A program made the translations under genes and the position numbers. Of a stretch of DNA of 64,000 nt, positions 61,604 through 64,000 are shown one piece after another. Origin of the DNA: Thermoanaerobaculia bacterium (lineage in GTDB: Bacteria; Acidobacteriota; Thermoanaerobaculia; Multivoradales; Multivoraceae). The stretch lies in NCBI GenBank assembly GCA_963666565.1, contig OY762911.1, forward strand, positions 2,784,001 to 2,848,000. Direction: 5' to 3'. The notes under the pieces are model-generated. The model made no database searches. It worked only from the letters and a program-made list of their open reading frames with translations, and was not told the DNA's origin. Each line of letters starts with the position of its first letter. Positions within the stretch are counted from its first letter, which is position 1.

Positions 61604-62473
61604 ATGTCGATGACCCGTGAATCCAGGCGTTCCCTTCCGGCCTTCCTGGCCGGCGCGGCGGTTGCCGCGCTGGCGCTGGCCTGCGCGCCGGCCGAAGCGC
61701 CGGCTCCCGAGGCGGCCGCCGAAGACGCCGCGGCGGCGCCCGAACCGGCTCGGGAGTACTACGAGATCCGCCGCTACCGCCTGGCCGACGAGGACAGCCG
61801 GCAGACCGTCCTCGCCTATCTCGAGAACGCCCTGGTGCCGGCGCTGAACCGCGCCGGGATCGACGGGGTGGGCGTGTTCGGCGTCGAACCGCCCGGCGAA
61901 GAGGACGAACCGCTCGACCCGGTGGACGCGCTCTCGATCTGGGCGATCGTCCCGTATGCGACCGTCGAGGACTTCGCGGCGATCAAGCCCACCCTGGAGG
62001 CGGACGCCGAGTACCTGGAGGCCGCCGCGCCGATGTACGCGACGCCGAGGCGGGAGCCGATCTACGAGCGGGTCGAGACCTGGTTCCTGCGGGCCTTCAA
62101 GGGCATGCCGGCGATGGAGCCGCCGCCGCAGACCGCGGCGGGAGAGGACCGGATCTTCGAACTCCGGCTGTACGAGAGCCACAACGAGGAGACGGCCCGC
62201 CGGAAGGTCCACATGTTCGACAACGGCGAGATCGACGTCATGCGCGACGTCGACATGGCGCCGCTGCTGTTCGCCGAACTCCTGATCGGCGAGGACGTGC
62301 CCGCTCTGGTCTACATCCTCTCGGCGCCCGACATGGAGTCGCACCGCGAGCACTGGACGGCGTTCCTCGAGCACCCGGAGTGGATCCGGATGCGGGACAT
62401 GGAGTACTACGCGGGGACGGTCTCGCGCATCGAGAACGTCTTCCTGCGGCCGACGGCGTTTTCGCAGATCTGA
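61604..62473 (+). CDS. NIPSNAP family lipoprotein
   Basis: REYYEIRRY, RIFELRLYESHNE, FLRPTAFSQI. Confidence 0.8.
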   Translation: MSMTRESRRSLPAFLAGAAVAALALACAPAEAPAPEAAAEDAAAAPEPAREYYEIRRYRLADEDSRQTVLAYLENALVPALNRAGIDGVGVFGVEPPGEEDEPLDPVDALSIWAIVPYATVEDFAAIKPTLEADAEYLEAAAPMYATPRREPIYERVETWFLRAFKGMPAMEPPPQTAAGEDRIFELRLYESHNEETARRKVHMFDNGEIDVMRDVDMAPLLFAELLIGEDVPALVYILSAPDMESHREHWTAFLEHPEWIRMRDMEYYAGTVSRIENVFLRPTAFSQI

Positions 62474-62547
62474 CCTCCCGGCCGCTGGCCGGGAGAGCGG
62501 ACGCCGGCCTTGCGGCCGGCGCGTTCCCGGTCGCCTCCGGCGACGCG

Positions 62548-62593
62548 CGGGTCGGAAGACCCGCGCACCCAGCCGGAAGACCCGCGCACCCAG
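62548..62593 (+). repeat. Tandem REP copies
   Basis: CGGGTCGGAAGACCCGCGCACCCAG followed by CGGAAGACCCGCGCACCCAG. Confidence 0.8.
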
Positions 62594-63178
62594 CTAGTTG
62601 CCCGACGAGTCGTCGCCGGCTTCGGCGGCGCTGCCCGGCCAGCGCACCCAGTAGCCGTCGGCCCAGACCAGGTCCTCGTTGAATTCGGTGCCGCGGAAGG
62701 CGCCGATCTCGTAGGTGGATTGCGGCTGGGCGGTGGCCGAGCCGTCGCGGCCGCCGCTCCAGATGCCGATGACCTGCGTGCTGAGCAACTGGTCCGAACC
62801 GGCGAAGCCGAACCGGTAGGGGTTGTTCCAGCCGTCCCGTTCCGGCACGTCCTGCAGGTAGAAGAACGTGTTCGACGGCCTGAGCAGGGCGGAGAGATCC
62901 GCGTGGGAGAAGTCGGGATCGGTGAAGTCGCTCCAGCTGAACGTCGCGGTCGTGCTCGAGCCGGCCGCCGCGGCGCTGACCTGGTCGGTCAGCCACTGCA
63001 TCCAGGCGGAGCCCACGGCCTTCATGTCGGCCTGGGTGCGGGTCTGGTTCGCGTTCTGCAGGCCGGTCATCAGGTTCGGCACCAGCAGCGCGGAGATGAT
63101 GCCGATGATCGCCACGACGATCAGCAGTTCGATCAGGGTGAAGCCGCCTTCCTGGCGGCGGGAGCGCGTTCCGGTCAT
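62594..63178 (-). CDS. Prepilin-type protein (GspG-like pseudopilin)
   Basis: GFTLIELLIVVAIIGII N-methylation motif; DGWNNPY, SGGRDG. Confidence 0.85.
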   Translation of the reverse strand: MTGTRSRRQEGGFTLIELLIVVAIIGIISALLVPNLMTGLQNANQTRTQADMKAVGSAWMQWLTDQVSAAAAGSSTTATFSWSDFTDPDFSHADLSALLRPSNTFFYLQDVPERDGWNNPYRFGFAGSDQLLSTQVIGIWSGGRDGSATAQPQSTYEIGAFRGTEFNEDLVWADGYWVRWPGSAAEAGDDSSGN

Positions 63179-63437
63179 CTTCGTGCTCCTTCGTGTGCTT
63201 GGGAGTCCGACCGCCGGGCGACGGATTCGTTCCGCCGCCGGCTTACAGGATGATACGGCGGCGGCGCCCGGAACGTCCAAGCGAATTCCGACACGAGGGC
63301 CCGCGATTCCCCTGGGCCGGTAACATCGGGGCATGGAACCGGTCGGCGCCATGGCGGTCGCGGGGCGTCGCGGCCTCGCTGCGGCGGCGTGCGGCACTGC
63401 CGGCGCCGGGGCCTCGACCTCGTTGGGAGGGTAGCTC

Positions 63438-64000
63438 CTGGACTTCAGCCGTTACGACTTCGACCCCGCGATCTACGACGAGATGTTCGTCGCGGAGGGG
63501 GCGCCTCGCGAGCACTGCCGGGCGATCTACGAGGCGCTCCGCAAGCTGCCCGACGACCACCTGGAGACGATCCAGGAGCGGGTGACCCGCTCCTTCTCGC
63601 AGGAGGGGATCACCTTCACCGTCTACGGCGACGAGGAGGCGGAGGAGCGGATCATCCCCGTCGACTGCGTGCCGCGCCTGCTGGCGCTGGCGGAATGGCG
63701 GGAACTCGAGGCCGGCCTGGTGCAGCGCATCCGGACGCTCAACCTGTTCCTGGCCGACGTCTACGGCGAGTGCCGGATTCTCCGGGACGGCGCGATCCCG
63801 CCCGACCTGGTCCTCGGCTGCCCGCAGTACCGCCTGGCGATGCGCGGCGTCAGCGTGCAGGGCGACGCCTGGGTGACGATCTGCGGCACGGACATCGTGC
63901 GGACGAAGGACGGTTTCCGGGTGCTGGAGGACAACCTGCGGTCGCCCTCCGGCGTCTCCTACATGGTGGCGAACCGGAAGGCGGTCAAGGCCGGTCTGCG
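63438..64000 (+). CDS. Circularly permuted ATP-grasp type 2 protein (partial, runs off window)
   Basis: Frame reads YDEMF...GITFTVYGD...ERIIPVDCVPR...GLVQR..LNLFLADVY...VLEDNLRSPSGVSYM. Missing from the ORF track because there is no stop in the window. Confidence 0.88.
   Translation, partial: MDFSRYDFDPAIYDEMFVAEGAPREHCRAIYEALRKLPDDHLETIQERVTRSFSQEGITFTVYGDEEAEERIIPVDCVPRLLALAEWRELEAGLVQRIRTLNLFLADVYGECRILRDGAIPPDLVLGCPQYRLAMRGVSVQGDAWVTICGTDIVRTKDGFRVLEDNLRSPSGVSYMVANRKAVKAGL

Overview
Very GC-rich bacterial chromosome segment with about 58 genes. No rRNA, tRNA, CRISPR array or intact transposase was seen. Gene content fits an Acidobacteriota-like or similar environmental lineage, but that is an unverified impression. 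Left half: end of a Bat (MoxR/vWA-associated) operon, Nudix, a vapBC pair, LLM oxidoreductases, the first four genes of the alpha-aminoadipate lysine pathway, amidohydrolase, CBM9 protein, Tat-ThDP enzyme, rpmB, flotillin/NfeD, glyA, sulfatase, cyanobacterial-type gshA, metG and an orphan wzt. Right half: a long minus-strand block encoding ActA-ActB-ActE without ActC/D/F. Their place is taken by a CydA-like membrane protein and three further cytochromes. These are followed by a USP protein, an Mrp ATPase, a radical SAM enzyme and a small protein; the USP, radical SAM and small proteins share PCP_red-like domains. Three signals are not shown by the ORF track: (1) a UGA/SECIS selenoprotein (peroxiredoxin-like, WUPYC); (2) a Lys-leader-peptide attenuator before the lysine operon; (3) REP-like repeats that have become part of protein termini. 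All calls are from manual reading and motif recall with no database searches; several start codons are approximate.
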